From Syntrophorhabdaceae bacterium (GTDB lineage Bacteria; Desulfobacterota; Syntrophorhabdia; Syntrophorhabdales; Syntrophorhabdaceae): 64,000 nt of DNA. Position 1 is the stretch's first letter. Each line of letters starts with the position of its first letter. The stretch covers positions 5,056,001-5,120,000 of the forward strand of contig OY762209.1 in assembly GCA_963665295.1 (NCBI GenBank). The letters are read 5' to 3'. The notes under the pieces are model-generated. The model made no database searches. It saw nothing but the letters and a program-made list of their open reading frames with translations, and was not told where the DNA came from. A program made the position numbers and the translations under genes. Of the stretch, positions 9,882-19,735 are shown one piece after another.

Positions 9882-11495
9882 ATGACTTTGCAGAACGTGC
9901 GCATCGGGAAAAGGCTCGTGGGAGGATATCTCATATTCATCGTGATTATGCTGGTCCTTTGCATCATAAGCTTCAAGAACGCGAGTGACGTCAACAACAA
10001 AGCGAATGAAATCACCAACATCACCTTTGAAAAGGCGATGCTCGCAAATACCACCCTTATAAACCTGCAAACTATCGACAAAGAAATGATGAAGGCCGTA
10101 TACACAAAAGACAAAGCACCCCTGCAGGTGGTGGCGGAAAGCAGAAAACAATATCGGGCTTCCCTCGAAAAGATCGAACAGATGGAAACGACTCAGCAAG
10201 GCAAGGAGATCATCGCCAAACTCAAGACCGCCGTTGCGGAGGGCAGAGAGTCGAACATGAAGCTCGCCAAAATGCTGGACGAAAACAACTGGACCGAAGC
10301 AGTTCCCTTCTACCACGCGAATGTCGAGCCCCCGATCAAGAAATTCCTCCAGATCGTGGGCGAGCTCGCAAGATACCAGGGACAGGGCGTCCAGCAGAAG
10401 TACACGGAGATCCTGCAGGGTAACCAGCGCGTCCGGATATTGCTCGTTACCGTGGGGGTGATCTCTCTCATCCTCTGCGTGGTGGTCAGCTTCGTGCTCA
10501 CCCGTAGTATCGTGGTGCCCATCCAGAAGAACATCGAGGTAGCGAAGACCCTCGCCGAAGGCAACCTGTCCGTGGACATTATCACGGACCGCAAGGATGA
10601 ATTCGGCGATGAGATGCGGGCATTCAAACTCATGGTGGAAAAATGGAAGGTCCTCATTACCGAGGTCAAGGGCTCCGCCGCGAGCGTTGCCTCCGCGAGC
10701 CACGAACTGAGCGCGAGCGCAGAGCAGTTGGCCGGCGGTGCGTCGGCCCAGGTAGAGCGGACCATCCAGGTATCCACCGCCTCTGAACAGATGTCCCAAG
10801 CTTCTCTCGATATTGCCAAGAATGCGAACAATATATCCGATTCGGCAAAAGACATGGTCAGCACGGCGCAGAACGGTAACGGGATTGTGGCGAAATCGGT
10901 GGAAGAAGTGAAGGAGATCGCGAGGACGGTCCACAAATCGGCGGACTTCGTAAAAGAACTCGGGGATCAGTCGGGAAAGATAGGCGAGATAGTCCTCGTC
11001 ATCAATGAAATCGCCGACCAGACAAACCTCCTCGCCCTGAACGCGGCCATTGAGGCGGCTCGGGCGGGTGAAGCAGGCAGGGGCTTTGCAGTGGTGGCCG
11101 ATGAAGTAAAGAAGCTTGCCGAGAGGACGAGCAAGTCGACCCAGGAGATCGGCGGCATGATCAATGCCATAAAGTCGGGCGTGGACCGGGCAGTGGAATC
11201 CATGGGAGAGGCCTCGGAAAAGGTGAAGACCGGCGTACAGCTTTCCAGCGAGGCAGGCATGGCCCTGAGCGAGATCGTAAGCAGTTCCTCCAACCTTCAA
11301 TCCATGGTGCAGCAGATTGCCACGGCCATAGAAGAAATGAACTCCACCACGGATGAAATAGCGAAAGACATAGAACAGGTTGCCGCCGTGACAAGGGACT
11401 CTTCGAGCGCGGCGGAACAGGTGACCCATGCGGCCCTCGATCTCTCCACCCTGTCCGTCACCCTGGAAAACTCCGTAAGCGGGTTCAAGGTGTAA
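9882..11495 (+). CDS. Methyl-accepting chemotaxis protein (4HB sensor, HAMP, signalling domain)
   Basis: Two TM segments, [56 protein letters not shown] before ATG 9882. Confidence 0.96.
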   Translation: MTLQNVRIGKRLVGGYLIFIVIMLVLCIISFKNASDVNNKANEITNITFEKAMLANTTLINLQTIDKEMMKAVYTKDKAPLQVVAESRKQYRASLEKIEQMETTQQGKEIIAKLKTAVAEGRESNMKLAKMLDENNWTEAVPFYHANVEPPIKKFLQIVGELARYQGQGVQQKYTEILQGNQRVRILLVTVGVISLILCVVVSFVLTRSIVVPIQKNIEVAKTLAEGNLSVDIITDRKDEFGDEMRAFKLMVEKWKVLITEVKGSAASVASASHELSASAEQLAGGASAQVERTIQVSTASEQMSQASLDIAKNANNISDSAKDMVSTAQNGNGIVAKSVEEVKEIARTVHKSADFVKELGDQSGKIGEIVLVINEIADQTNLLALNAAIEAARAGEAGRGFAVVADEVKKLAERTSKSTQEIGGMINAIKSGVDRAVESMGEASEKVKTGVQLSSEAGMALSEIVSSSSNLQSMVQQIATAIEEMNSTTDEIAKDIEQVAAVTRDSSSAAEQVTHAALDLSTLSVTLENSVSGFKV

Positions 11496-11616
11496 AAGAC
11501 CGGGAACACCCGGGTTGTGATGTTCCAGGAGGGCCTCAGCGCAGTTGCGGAGGCCCTCCTGTCCGTTCCCGTCCGCGGTATTCTCCAGCAGCCCGGAGGA
11601 CATCCGCCAGAATAAC

Positions 11617-11645
11617 TTGCATTTTTTTTTGCTTTGTGCGATACT
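11617..11645 (+). promoter_or_regulatory. Sigma-70 promoter of csp gene (implies ~110-nt 5' UTR)
   Basis: TTGCAT-N17-GATACT with TGn extended -10. Confidence 0.6.
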
Positions 11646-11764
11646 ATATCACGAAGTCGTACCGGAACTGGTTGTTAGTAGTAACCGCAGAAATGAACGT
11701 TTTTGTCGTCTCTTCGTAACTCAACTCCGTATGCTTCAAATTCTAAATAAAGAGGTATGTCTAC

Positions 11765-11965
11765 ATGGCAAAAGGTACAGTGAAGTGGTTCAACGATGCA
11801 AAGGGTTTCGGCTTTATCACGAAAGATGACGGATCGGATGTATTTGTCCATTATTCCGCGATCAAGACTGACGGCTTCAAATCCCTCACCGAGGGCGACG
11901 AAGTGAATTTTGACGTAGTGAGCGGCCCCAAAGGCCCCGCTGCTGCGAACGTAGTAAGAGGCTAG
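11765..11965 (+). CDS. cspA: Cold-shock protein (CspA family)
   Basis: [34 protein letters not shown]; paralog letter is nominal. Confidence 0.97.
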   Translation: MAKGTVKWFNDAKGFGFITKDDGSDVFVHYSAIKTDGFKSLTEGDEVNFDVVSGPKGPAAANVVRG

Positions 11966-11978
11966 ACTTAGTCCTCTG

Positions 11979-12015
11979 GAGCAGGTCTGGACCCGTTCAG
12001 ACCTGCTCTTTTTTT
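11979..12015 (+). terminator. Intrinsic terminator of csp
   Basis: GAGCAGGTCTG...CAGACCTGCTC stem plus T-run. Confidence 0.85.
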
Positions 12016-12351
12016 ATCTACCCGCCGAACATCTTGAATTCCACCTTCATCCCTATCTTCTCTCCGCACAGGACGGACCCGAAACGCCGTCGGTCGCATG
12101 GAAAAAACACCCGAGCAGGAAAATACGCGAACACCCCACCCTCCGCTGTGGCATAGTCTCCCACTGGCGCTGACTTAAACAGAGGGCGACCGGTAGAAGA
12201 CGGCCGGGGAGGACCGCCAATCCGGACAAAGGGCGCCCGCGCCGGAACAGGCACGGGCAGTTCTTCGTAGCTCGGAATTTTGGAATTGCGCGTGTTTCGG
12301 CTTCGTGTTATCCTGTCTTTAAAGCAAATAAACCAGTCCAGGGGGACAAGA

Positions 12352-14802
12352 ATGAGTGAGAGGACATGCGGATGTCTTTCAAATTCCAGATCAACAGGAA
12401 GATGGGCGGGGGCATGGTCGATCATCCTCTTCCTGTTTCTCGGCATGGCCGCCGGTTCCTTCCCGTTGCCGGCCTGTGCCGGGACACAGGGCCCTTCCGG
12501 TACGGACGCCCTGATCCGGGTGGAAGTAAAAGGACCGGTTGAGACCCTTGGTGTGCCCGTTTATGCCAACCTCCTCGACGGGGCGGGTAATGAATATATC
12601 CTGACCATGGCTCCCCCGGAGTATGTTGCCCGTGCGGGTCTTGCTCATCAGGTCATCGATACCGCCGTTTCCCCCGGCGCTTATTTTCTGGCCCTCGAAC
12701 GACGGAAGGGCGCGCGTGCGGCGGCCCAGGGGAAGTTTACCATAATGTTCGACGACGGACTCCGTATCCTGGTGAAGGGCGGAACCGGGACGGCCGATAG
12801 ACTGGCGTCGTTAGGCTTCGATATCAAGGCACTGCCCACTGAACCGATCGTCCTGAAGGCACCGCGCCTTGCCGTGGAGCCGAAACTCGCCCTCGCCTAT
12901 GACCAGCGCGTGGCCGACATGATCAGCCAGGTTGAAGAAGGGGCGCTTTACGAAGAGGTGGGCAACCTTTCGGGCGAGAACTTCGTCATGGTCGGAGGCA
13001 GTCCGTATACCTTCGAGACACGGCACACCGAATCAGGCATACCTATCAGGAAGGCGACGCAGTATGTGAACGAGCGCCTGACGGCGATGGGGCTCAAGGT
13101 CTCCTACAATGACTGGTCGTTGGGAGGGCTCTCGGGGCGAAACGTTGTCGGCGAAAAGACGGGCAAGGCGAAACCTACGGAGATATTCCTCATCACCTGT
13201 CATCTTGACGACATGCCCGATTCCGGTCGGGCTCCCGGCGCCGACGACAATGGCTCGGGCTGTGCGGCCCTCCTCACGGCAGCGAGGATCATGAGTTCGT
13301 CCACCTTCGATCGCACGGTGCGGTTTGTCTTCTTTACCGGCGAAGAGCAGGGGCTGTTCGGAAGCGCCATTTACGCAACAGCGGCCCACTCGGCCAATGA
13401 AGATATTGTGGCGGTCTACAACATGGACATGATCAGTTGGGACGCCGAAAACGGGCCTACCCTGAGGCTCCACACCCGCACTTCGGGCAATCCCGGCTAT
13501 AGTGCGGACCTCGCCATCGCCAATACCTTTTCCGATGTGGTCTCAACCTACGGCCTTTCAGAGAACCTTACGCCCATCATCACGTCCGACGGAGAGGAGG
13601 CGTCCGACCATTCCAGTTTCTGGGACAAGGGGTACGCCGCAATACTTGCCATCGAAGACGACTATGATGATTTCACTCCCTATTACCACACCCCCAACGA
13701 CACCCTGCAGAGTCTCAATATGGCCTACTTCACCAATTATGCCGGGGCATCCGTAGGCGCCGCCGCCCATCTCGCGATCTTGTCCGAAAGTTCGGAGACT
13801 GCGTTGCACGTCATCAGGGCAGGCACCGGTTCAGGTACGGTGACCAGCGCTCCCGCGGGCATCCGTTGCGGGTCCGCATGCTCGGCTTCCTTTACCCCGG
13901 GCACTTCCGTAACCCTTACCGCCGCGCCTTCCAGAGGATCGGCCTTTGCCGGCTGGTCGGGAGGATGTGCCGGTTCGTCCGCCTCGTGCACGGTTGTCGT
14001 GAACGGCGAGATAGGGGTGACCGCTACCTTCGAAAAGGAGTACAAATTCACCGCCGCAAAGAAGAAGGTGAACGCCGGTGATGGAACGATCACCTCCGCC
14101 GACGGCGAGATCAATTGCGGGACCACGTGCAGTACCCTGTACCATGCCAATACTCTTGTCACCCTCTTCGCGGTTCCTGTGGACTATTCCACTTTCGCGG
14201 GATGGAGCAGTCCCTGCTCGGGAACGGATCCGTGCAATGTGACTATAGACAAGGCAATGACGGTGCGCGCGACCTTTGTGGGACCGCAAACATTGACAGT
14301 GCGGAAACAAAAGGTAAGTAACGGCACCGGAGCAATCACCAGCGATCCGCCCGGCATAAGCTGCGGCACGGATTGCTCATCCGCCTCCTGGAAACAGTTT
14401 CTCTTTCAGCAGCAGGTGACCCTCACCGCCGTCGCAGATGAGGGTTCCGTCTTCTCCGGATGGTCCCCCTCCTCCATATGTTCGGGCACAGGGACGTGCG
14501 CGGTCACCATGGACAAGGCAAAAACCGTTACCGCAAAGTTTGTGGGACCCCAGATGCTCACAGTGAGGAAGGTATCAGCGAGTAAGGGAACGGGAACGGT
14601 GACAGGGCCCGGCGGCATCGACTGCGGGGAGACCTGCAAGGCGGGCTTCACCTATGACAGCGAGGTGACCCTCACCGCCGTCGCAGATGAGGGTTCCGCC
14701 TTCTCCGGATGGTCCCCTTCCTCCATATGTTCGGGCACAGGGACGTGCACGGTCACCATGGACAAAGCAAGGACCGTAACCGCAAAGTTTACCGGGGAAT
14801 AG
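12352..14802 (+). CDS. Secreted M28-family zinc peptidase with four C-terminal InlB-B-like (Flg_new-type) repeats
   Basis: Hydrophobic N-terminus; HLDD, GADDNGSG, GEEQGL, NMDM, SDH, YHT motifs; repeats GxGxVTSxPxGIxCGxxC...FxGW..C. Confidence 0.88.
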   Translation: MSERTCGCLSNSRSTGRWAGAWSIILFLFLGMAAGSFPLPACAGTQGPSGTDALIRVEVKGPVETLGVPVYANLLDGAGNEYILTMAPPEYVARAGLAHQVIDTAVSPGAYFLALERRKGARAAAQGKFTIMFDDGLRILVKGGTGTADRLASLGFDIKALPTEPIVLKAPRLAVEPKLALAYDQRVADMISQVEEGALYEEVGNLSGENFVMVGGSPYTFETRHTESGIPIRKATQYVNERLTAMGLKVSYNDWSLGGLSGRNVVGEKTGKAKPTEIFLITCHLDDMPDSGRAPGADDNGSGCAALLTAARIMSSSTFDRTVRFVFFTGEEQGLFGSAIYATAAHSANEDIVAVYNMDMISWDAENGPTLRLHTRTSGNPGYSADLAIANTFSDVVSTYGLSENLTPIITSDGEEASDHSSFWDKGYAAILAIEDDYDDFTPYYHTPNDTLQSLNMAYFTNYAGASVGAAAHLAILSESSETALHVIRAGTGSGTVTSAPAGIRCGSACSASFTPGTSVTLTAAPSRGSAFAGWSGGCAGSSASCTVVVNGEIGVTATFEKEYKFTAAKKKVNAGDGTITSADGEINCGTTCSTLYHANTLVTLFAVPVDYSTFAGWSSPCSGTDPCNVTIDKAMTVRATFVGPQTLTVRKQKVSNGTGAITSDPPGISCGTDCSSASWKQFLFQQQVTLTAVADEGSVFSGWSPSSICSGTGTCAVTMDKAKTVTAKFVGPQMLTVRKVSASKGTGTVTGPGGIDCGETCKAGFTYDSEVTLTAVADEGSAFSGWSPSSICSGTGTCTVTMDKARTVTAKFTGE
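14414..14790 (+). repeat. Intragenic near-identical ~128-bp direct repeat (14414-14541, 14663-14790)
   Basis: AGGTGACCCTCACCGCCGTCGCAGATGAGGGTTCCG...GCAAAGTTT repeated at offset 249 (83 codons). Confidence 0.9.
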
Positions 14803-14819
14803 AGAATGGGAGGCATATC

Positions 14820-14996
14820 ATAGGCAGGGAGAACGCCGGAAAGAAGATCGAGAGTCTGTGGTCGGTCTGGCGGCAAGATGACAATGGTAATGTATTCCCG
14901 GTGAGAAGCGACCTCACGGAGCAGGATGCATTGAAGCTTGTACGGGAATTCGAAGAAGAAGGCCACAAACAGACATACTGGGTGAAGCCGGCCTGA
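14820..14996 (+). CDS. Small conserved hypothetical protein (WxVWRQDDNGN...GHKQxYW type); start codon non-canonical/uncertain
   Basis: LWSVWRQDDNGNVFPVRSDLTEQDALKLVREFEEEGHKQTYWV resembles a small family I recall; SD GGGAGG is followed only by ATC/ATA in frame. Confidence 0.65.
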   Translation: MGRENAGKKIESLWSVWRQDDNGNVFPVRSDLTEQDALKLVREFEEEGHKQTYWVKPA

Positions 14997-15095
14997 TATC
15001 CAGGGAGGCTTCGCCGCCGGACTGTACGGGCCTATGGCCGGTCCGAAGATCTCTCCGTCCGGAGGTCGAAGCGCGGTCCGCCTTCAAACGCGGGA

Positions 15096-15857
15096 TCAAA
15101 ACACGAACAGGTCAAGACCGCCCATCATGTTCATAATAGCGCCGGTCATGTACGCGGCTTTGTCCGATACCACCCAGGCTACGGCGTCTGCTACCTCCTG
15201 AGGAGCCGCGGGTCTGCGGAAGGCCGTCCTTCTTTCAATAGCCTGACGTGCCGGCTCGGGGAGCCGGTCATGGCAGTCTGTCGCGCTTATTCCTATAAGA
15301 ACGCTGTTCGCCGTGATATTGAACTTCGCTCCTTCCAGGGCCGCCGACTTCGCGAGGGCAATGAGACCCGCCTTGGAAGCTGCGTAACTCGACTGTCCGG
15401 CCCCGCCCATGACGCCCGCGACGGACGTCATATTGACGATACGGCCATAGTTGCCGGCGCGCATGTCGGCCCACGCCTCCTTGATGCAATAAAAGGCGGA
15501 GCTGAGACAGAGTTTTACCTCATAGTCCCACTCTTCGACGGTGGTCTTCGCTATGCTCACGTTGTGGCCCATGAGGGCCGCATTGTTTACGAGAATGTTC
15601 ACAGAACCCATTTCCGCTTTGATGGCGGCAAATCCCCTTGCCACGTCCGCCGCATCGCTCGCATCCATTTGGATGGCCAACGATTTCCGCCCCATGGCCC
15701 TGATCTCTCCGGCGAGGATCTCCGCCCCCTCCATGTGGTGAAAACCCGTTACCACCACGTCCGCCCCCTCCTTCGCAAGAGTGAGCGCGACAGACCTCCC
15801 GATGCCTTTCGGCATCGAAGCGCCCGTAACCAGTGCAAGTTTTCCTTCTAACGGCAT
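15096..15857 (-). CDS. Short-chain dehydrogenase/reductase (FabG-like)
   Basis: VTGASMPKGIG, LVNNAA, YAASK. Confidence 0.92.
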   Translation of the reverse strand: MPLEGKLALVTGASMPKGIGRSVALTLAKEGADVVVTGFHHMEGAEILAGEIRAMGRKSLAIQMDASDAADVARGFAAIKAEMGSVNILVNNAALMGHNVSIAKTTVEEWDYEVKLCLSSAFYCIKEAWADMRAGNYGRIVNMTSVAGVMGGAGQSSYAASKAGLIALAKSAALEGAKFNITANSVLIGISATDCHDRLPEPARQAIERRTAFRRPAAPQEVADAVAWVVSDKAAYMTGAIMNMMGGLDLFVF

Positions 15858-16033
15858 GGCGACCTCCTGTACAATGAATTTGTGATAGGTTCTACCTAGC
15901 GAACTTAAGTTCTTTAGAACGTATCATGACGTGCAGGAAGTGTCAAGGAGAATTGACTATCCGGGGAAAGGGGGGGATCGGAAAGATTCCGGGAGGGAAG
16001 GCTCCCTCCCGGATATGTGCGAGTTGACGTGGT

Positions 16034-19000
16034 TTACGGCAGCGTGGTGCCGGCGACTACGTTGCTATACGCGCTGGAACCGTCGGCATTGTACGCGACA
16101 ACCCGGAACCAGTAGGTCTTGTTTTTCGATAACCCGGTGCTTGTGTAGGTGAATGTATTGGCTTTCGTTGTTCCCACCTGAGCGAATCCCGAGGTAGCGG
16201 AGGAACTGCTTCTCTGGATCTTGAAGCCCGTCTGATTGGTGGCGTTGTTGGTCCAGGAGATCGTAATGGAGTTGGACGTGGAGCTGACCCAGGTCAGGTT
16301 CGACGGGGCTATGGGCAGCTGACCCACGGTGGTGGCCGACGCGGTGCCGGACCATGCGGAATTCCCTATCCCGTTAAAGGCAAGCACCCTGTAATAGTAT
16401 TTGGTTTTGAGGACGACCGTGCTGTCCGTGTATGTCGTTACCCCTGCTCCCACGGTGAAAGTGGTGATACCTGCGGTGAAGCTGCTGTTCGTCGCCCTCT
16501 GAATGAGGAACCCTGTCTCGTTGGTGGAGTTGTCTTTCCAGGTCAGGACCATCGAAGGCGGGTTCACGCTTACCGCCGACGACTTGGCTGTCAGGCTCGA
16601 CGGGGCTGTCGGAGCGCCTGTTATCGGTCCCGGCACCGTCACGACCGCGGTGTTTGAAGCCGCTGAATTGCCTGCGGCGTTGTAACCGATGATGCGGTAC
16701 GTAAATTTGCTGGATGGTACGACCGTGGTGTCCACATAAGTCGTCACATTAGCACCGACCGTCCCTATGACCGCAAAGGCCTGACTTCCGGTGGACCGCT
16801 CTATCCTGAAGCCTATCTCGTTGCCGGCATTGCCCATGGAAGTAGCCGGAGGCGTGGGATCGGTCCAGGCGAGGCTGACCTGAGACCCTGACAACGACGC
16901 GGTGAGGCCCGTGGGCGCGGGAGGAATCGTTGCCGTATACTGCATCACAAGGGGACGCATCATATCATTTTCTTCATGACCCAGCAGGTGGCAATGCCAC
17001 ACATATTCCCAACCGAAGTTCGTGATCACGTTCGCCACAACGATGGGGAGATTGTTCGGGTCTACATTGGTAAAGGGACACGCCGTGGAGCCCACGGGGC
17101 ATGTCACGTCAAGAGGACGGGAGCTTTCGGGAATCCCGAAGGGAAGAGCAGGCGACGCGGCCTTGGCAGCCACTACGATGTCTTCCAGAGGGTTCATCCT
17201 GACCGTCTCCTTCCAGCCTAGTTCATTCGCGTCCGGAGGTCTTATCCCTCCATCCCAACCGACCCGGTTGATTACCTGTACGTTGACCAGGTGAAAATGG
17301 ACGGAATGGGTGTCAACACCGTTATGGGTGATCTTCCAGATCTGGGTTTCACCGTCCGCTACCATCTCGGTGGTAGGATCAATGTATCCGTATGGGATCG
17401 TGGTCTGGATCACCGCGGTGGTAAAGGGCAGTTCCACACCCAGGGTTGAATTCATCCTCCCGTACTCAACTTCGAAAAGCTCCTGTATGGCCTTGCTCTT
17501 CATCACCATGGTTACCGGTGTAGTCGAGCCGTAGGGGGTGAACGTCAGGGAGGTGTCCTGGATACGGGCATACGTGTCGGTTGGGGCGCTGTATGGCGCC
17601 GGATATGTCGTTTGAGGTATGACAGGCGGTGGCTGGGACGCCACATAGGCGGTCGTCAAAGCGGCGCTGTCAAGGGTGAATGGAGCGGGGGTGCCTGCTG
17701 CGACCCGGAACTGCATAACGGTCCGCGTATTCGGCCCATAACCCGCTGCCGTCGGCGGGGTGCCTCCCATCCAGGTGTTATCCGGACCACCCGTGTAATA
17801 GTCGAACCGCGGGTCAAAGGCCGGGACCGGCGCAGGTGCATCATTATAAAGAATGACCGTTTGCCCTGCAAAAGCCGAGAAATCTATGATTACGTCCGCC
17901 CGCTCGGCGGGACCCATGAAAAGGGTCTTGTTCGAAACGTTAAGAACTACGACGCTCCTCCGATTATACTCATAGTTTACCGGTTGGTTGGGAAGGATTG
18001 CCGGTTTAGACAGAAGGCCTCCTTCGCTGCCGATCTGGATCATCTGAGGGCCTGCTGTTGCAGGATCGGGCACGCCCCCGGCCCTCCCGTCCGTGGGCCA
18101 CGTCGAAGGGAAACATCCCGTGGGCGAGAATGAGGTGGTGCAGACGCAGTTCGTAACGACCGTCGCGGAACAGTTGGCCCGAGGGACCGCCTCCACCATC
18201 TTTATTTCCGAAGGATACCCGGAGGGTCCCACGGGGACTGTGGTGTCGGCGACATACAACTGCACATTGGGGTTACGGTCGTTGGACCCGTTCAGTATCC
18301 TGAACCGGTACGCCTGGGACTGCACATTGAGATAGGGGTACGCGGTACCGTTCACCACCATGGTGTCCATAAAACCTTCGGGTACGCCTGAAGGCTGCGG
18401 CAGCACGGGGTTGTTCACAGGGAACACGGGCCAGAACCAGGGGCCGTAATCCCATCTGCCGAAGTTATTGGAGCCGCTCAAATCCGGGTTGGAGGGCCAC
18501 TGGTTCGTCTCGTACACATGGGGCAACCAGAGTTCACCGTACGACCCCCAGGTCCAAAGGGAATCCTGGACCCCCACATCCTTGGGCACGAAGGACTTGT
18601 CCTGGATTATCAGAGGAATACCATAGCGGTACACGGCAGGCATGGAGGCGCCCGGGATCTTTCCGCTGCTGATCAATGCCTCCTCCTGAGGGTCCGTGAG
18701 CAGGTACCCTGCCACCTCGCCGGCATAGACGTTGAGGCGGGTCATGCCATAGGTATGGTCGTGGTACCACATGAGCCTGCTGCTCTGCTGGTTGGGAAGG
18801 TAAAGAGTGGCCTATACCGTCGGTCGAGGTGGGCTTCGGGATCAATGTCCCCGTGCCCGCCATGTCGGGCACATTCTGGAAACTCAGGCCCTTCGGATAA
18901 TGCTGTTTATCCCCCACAGGGGTAATCCACTGGTGGGGTGTGCCGTCGCTGATCCACGGGTTGAACCCCCCATGGAGATGGATGTTGGCCCGGTTCTGTG

Positions 19001-19571
19001 AGTAAAGACCTCCTGTGGCCCCGTCCGGCCCCATTCCTGCCCCCATATAGGTGGTATCCACAGGAAGAAAAAGGTTGCCCGCAAAGCCCAAGCCAAGACG
19101 GTTCTCGAATCTTATACGCACCGGTTTTCCGTTTCCCGCCACGCCCGCGGGCTTGGTGGGATCATATCGTTTCGCTACTATAAGAGGTCCGAGGTACTGG
19201 GATGTATGATCCGTTCCATTGATCTGGTAGTAACCCCTGAGCTTGGTGCCGGTTCCGAAGCCGTCGGCGGTTAAAGGCAGGTCGGAATGCATGCGCGCCC
19301 TGTAATCCTTGAGCCCGATTACATAGTAATCCGCGTCCGGATAGGTCGTGGTATCGGGAACCGCGACGGGGATATATTGACCCAGATTGTTTGCGTTGGT
19401 AGCCCCAAGTCCCGCAAGGCTGTCCACAAATTTTCTCATAGCCGTGCCGGAATCGCTTGTGGCGCCGCACACCCCTGCGGCGTTGCAGCATCTCCACACG
19501 CCCGCGGGGCTGTTGGCAAAAAATGTGCCGCCGCTCGGCGTCGCCGCCGCCTCCGGGGCCGGGTTGCCCAC
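16034..19571 (-). pseudogene. Multicopper oxidase (CotA/bilirubin oxidase-like, MofA/OmpB type) with three FN3 domains, split by a 1-nt frameshift at ~18810
   Basis: Upstream ORF carries IHLHGG; downstream ORF carries WYHDH, HSVHFH and WHCHLLGHEENDM. Removing one base in ATAGGCCACT restores ...DGIATLYLPNQQSSRLMWYHDH. Confidence 0.85.
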
Positions 19572-19698
19572 CCGCGGACCTCCCCAATTTACAGGAAAGC
19601 AAGGTGAGTTTTCGCCGGCCGGGGGGTTCTCGCCGATGTATACATCCTTTCCGTCAAAGCGGAACCGGGAGGCGCGGACAGGACTTCTCCGGGGGCGG

Positions 19699-19728
19699 TT
19701 GCCCCTTTCCCCACAAAAATGGTATACT
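19699..19728 (+). promoter_or_regulatory. Sigma-70 promoter immediately before uvrA start
   Basis: TTGCCC-N18-TATACT with TGn extension, ending 7 nt before GTG 19736. Confidence 0.6.
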
Positions 19729-19735
19729 CCTTGCA

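Noticed and set aside
9804..11603. 599-aa minus-strand ORF
   Set aside because: Antisense shadow of the MCP gene; no recognisable motifs.
18800..18820. Programmed frameshift or phase variation in the multicopper oxidase
   Set aside because: No slippery heptamer, homopolymer or tandem repeat at the site.
19457..19735. 93-aa N-terminal extension of UvrA in the ORF track
   Set aside because: Overlaps the oxidase start and the promoter; UvrA homology begins at 19736.
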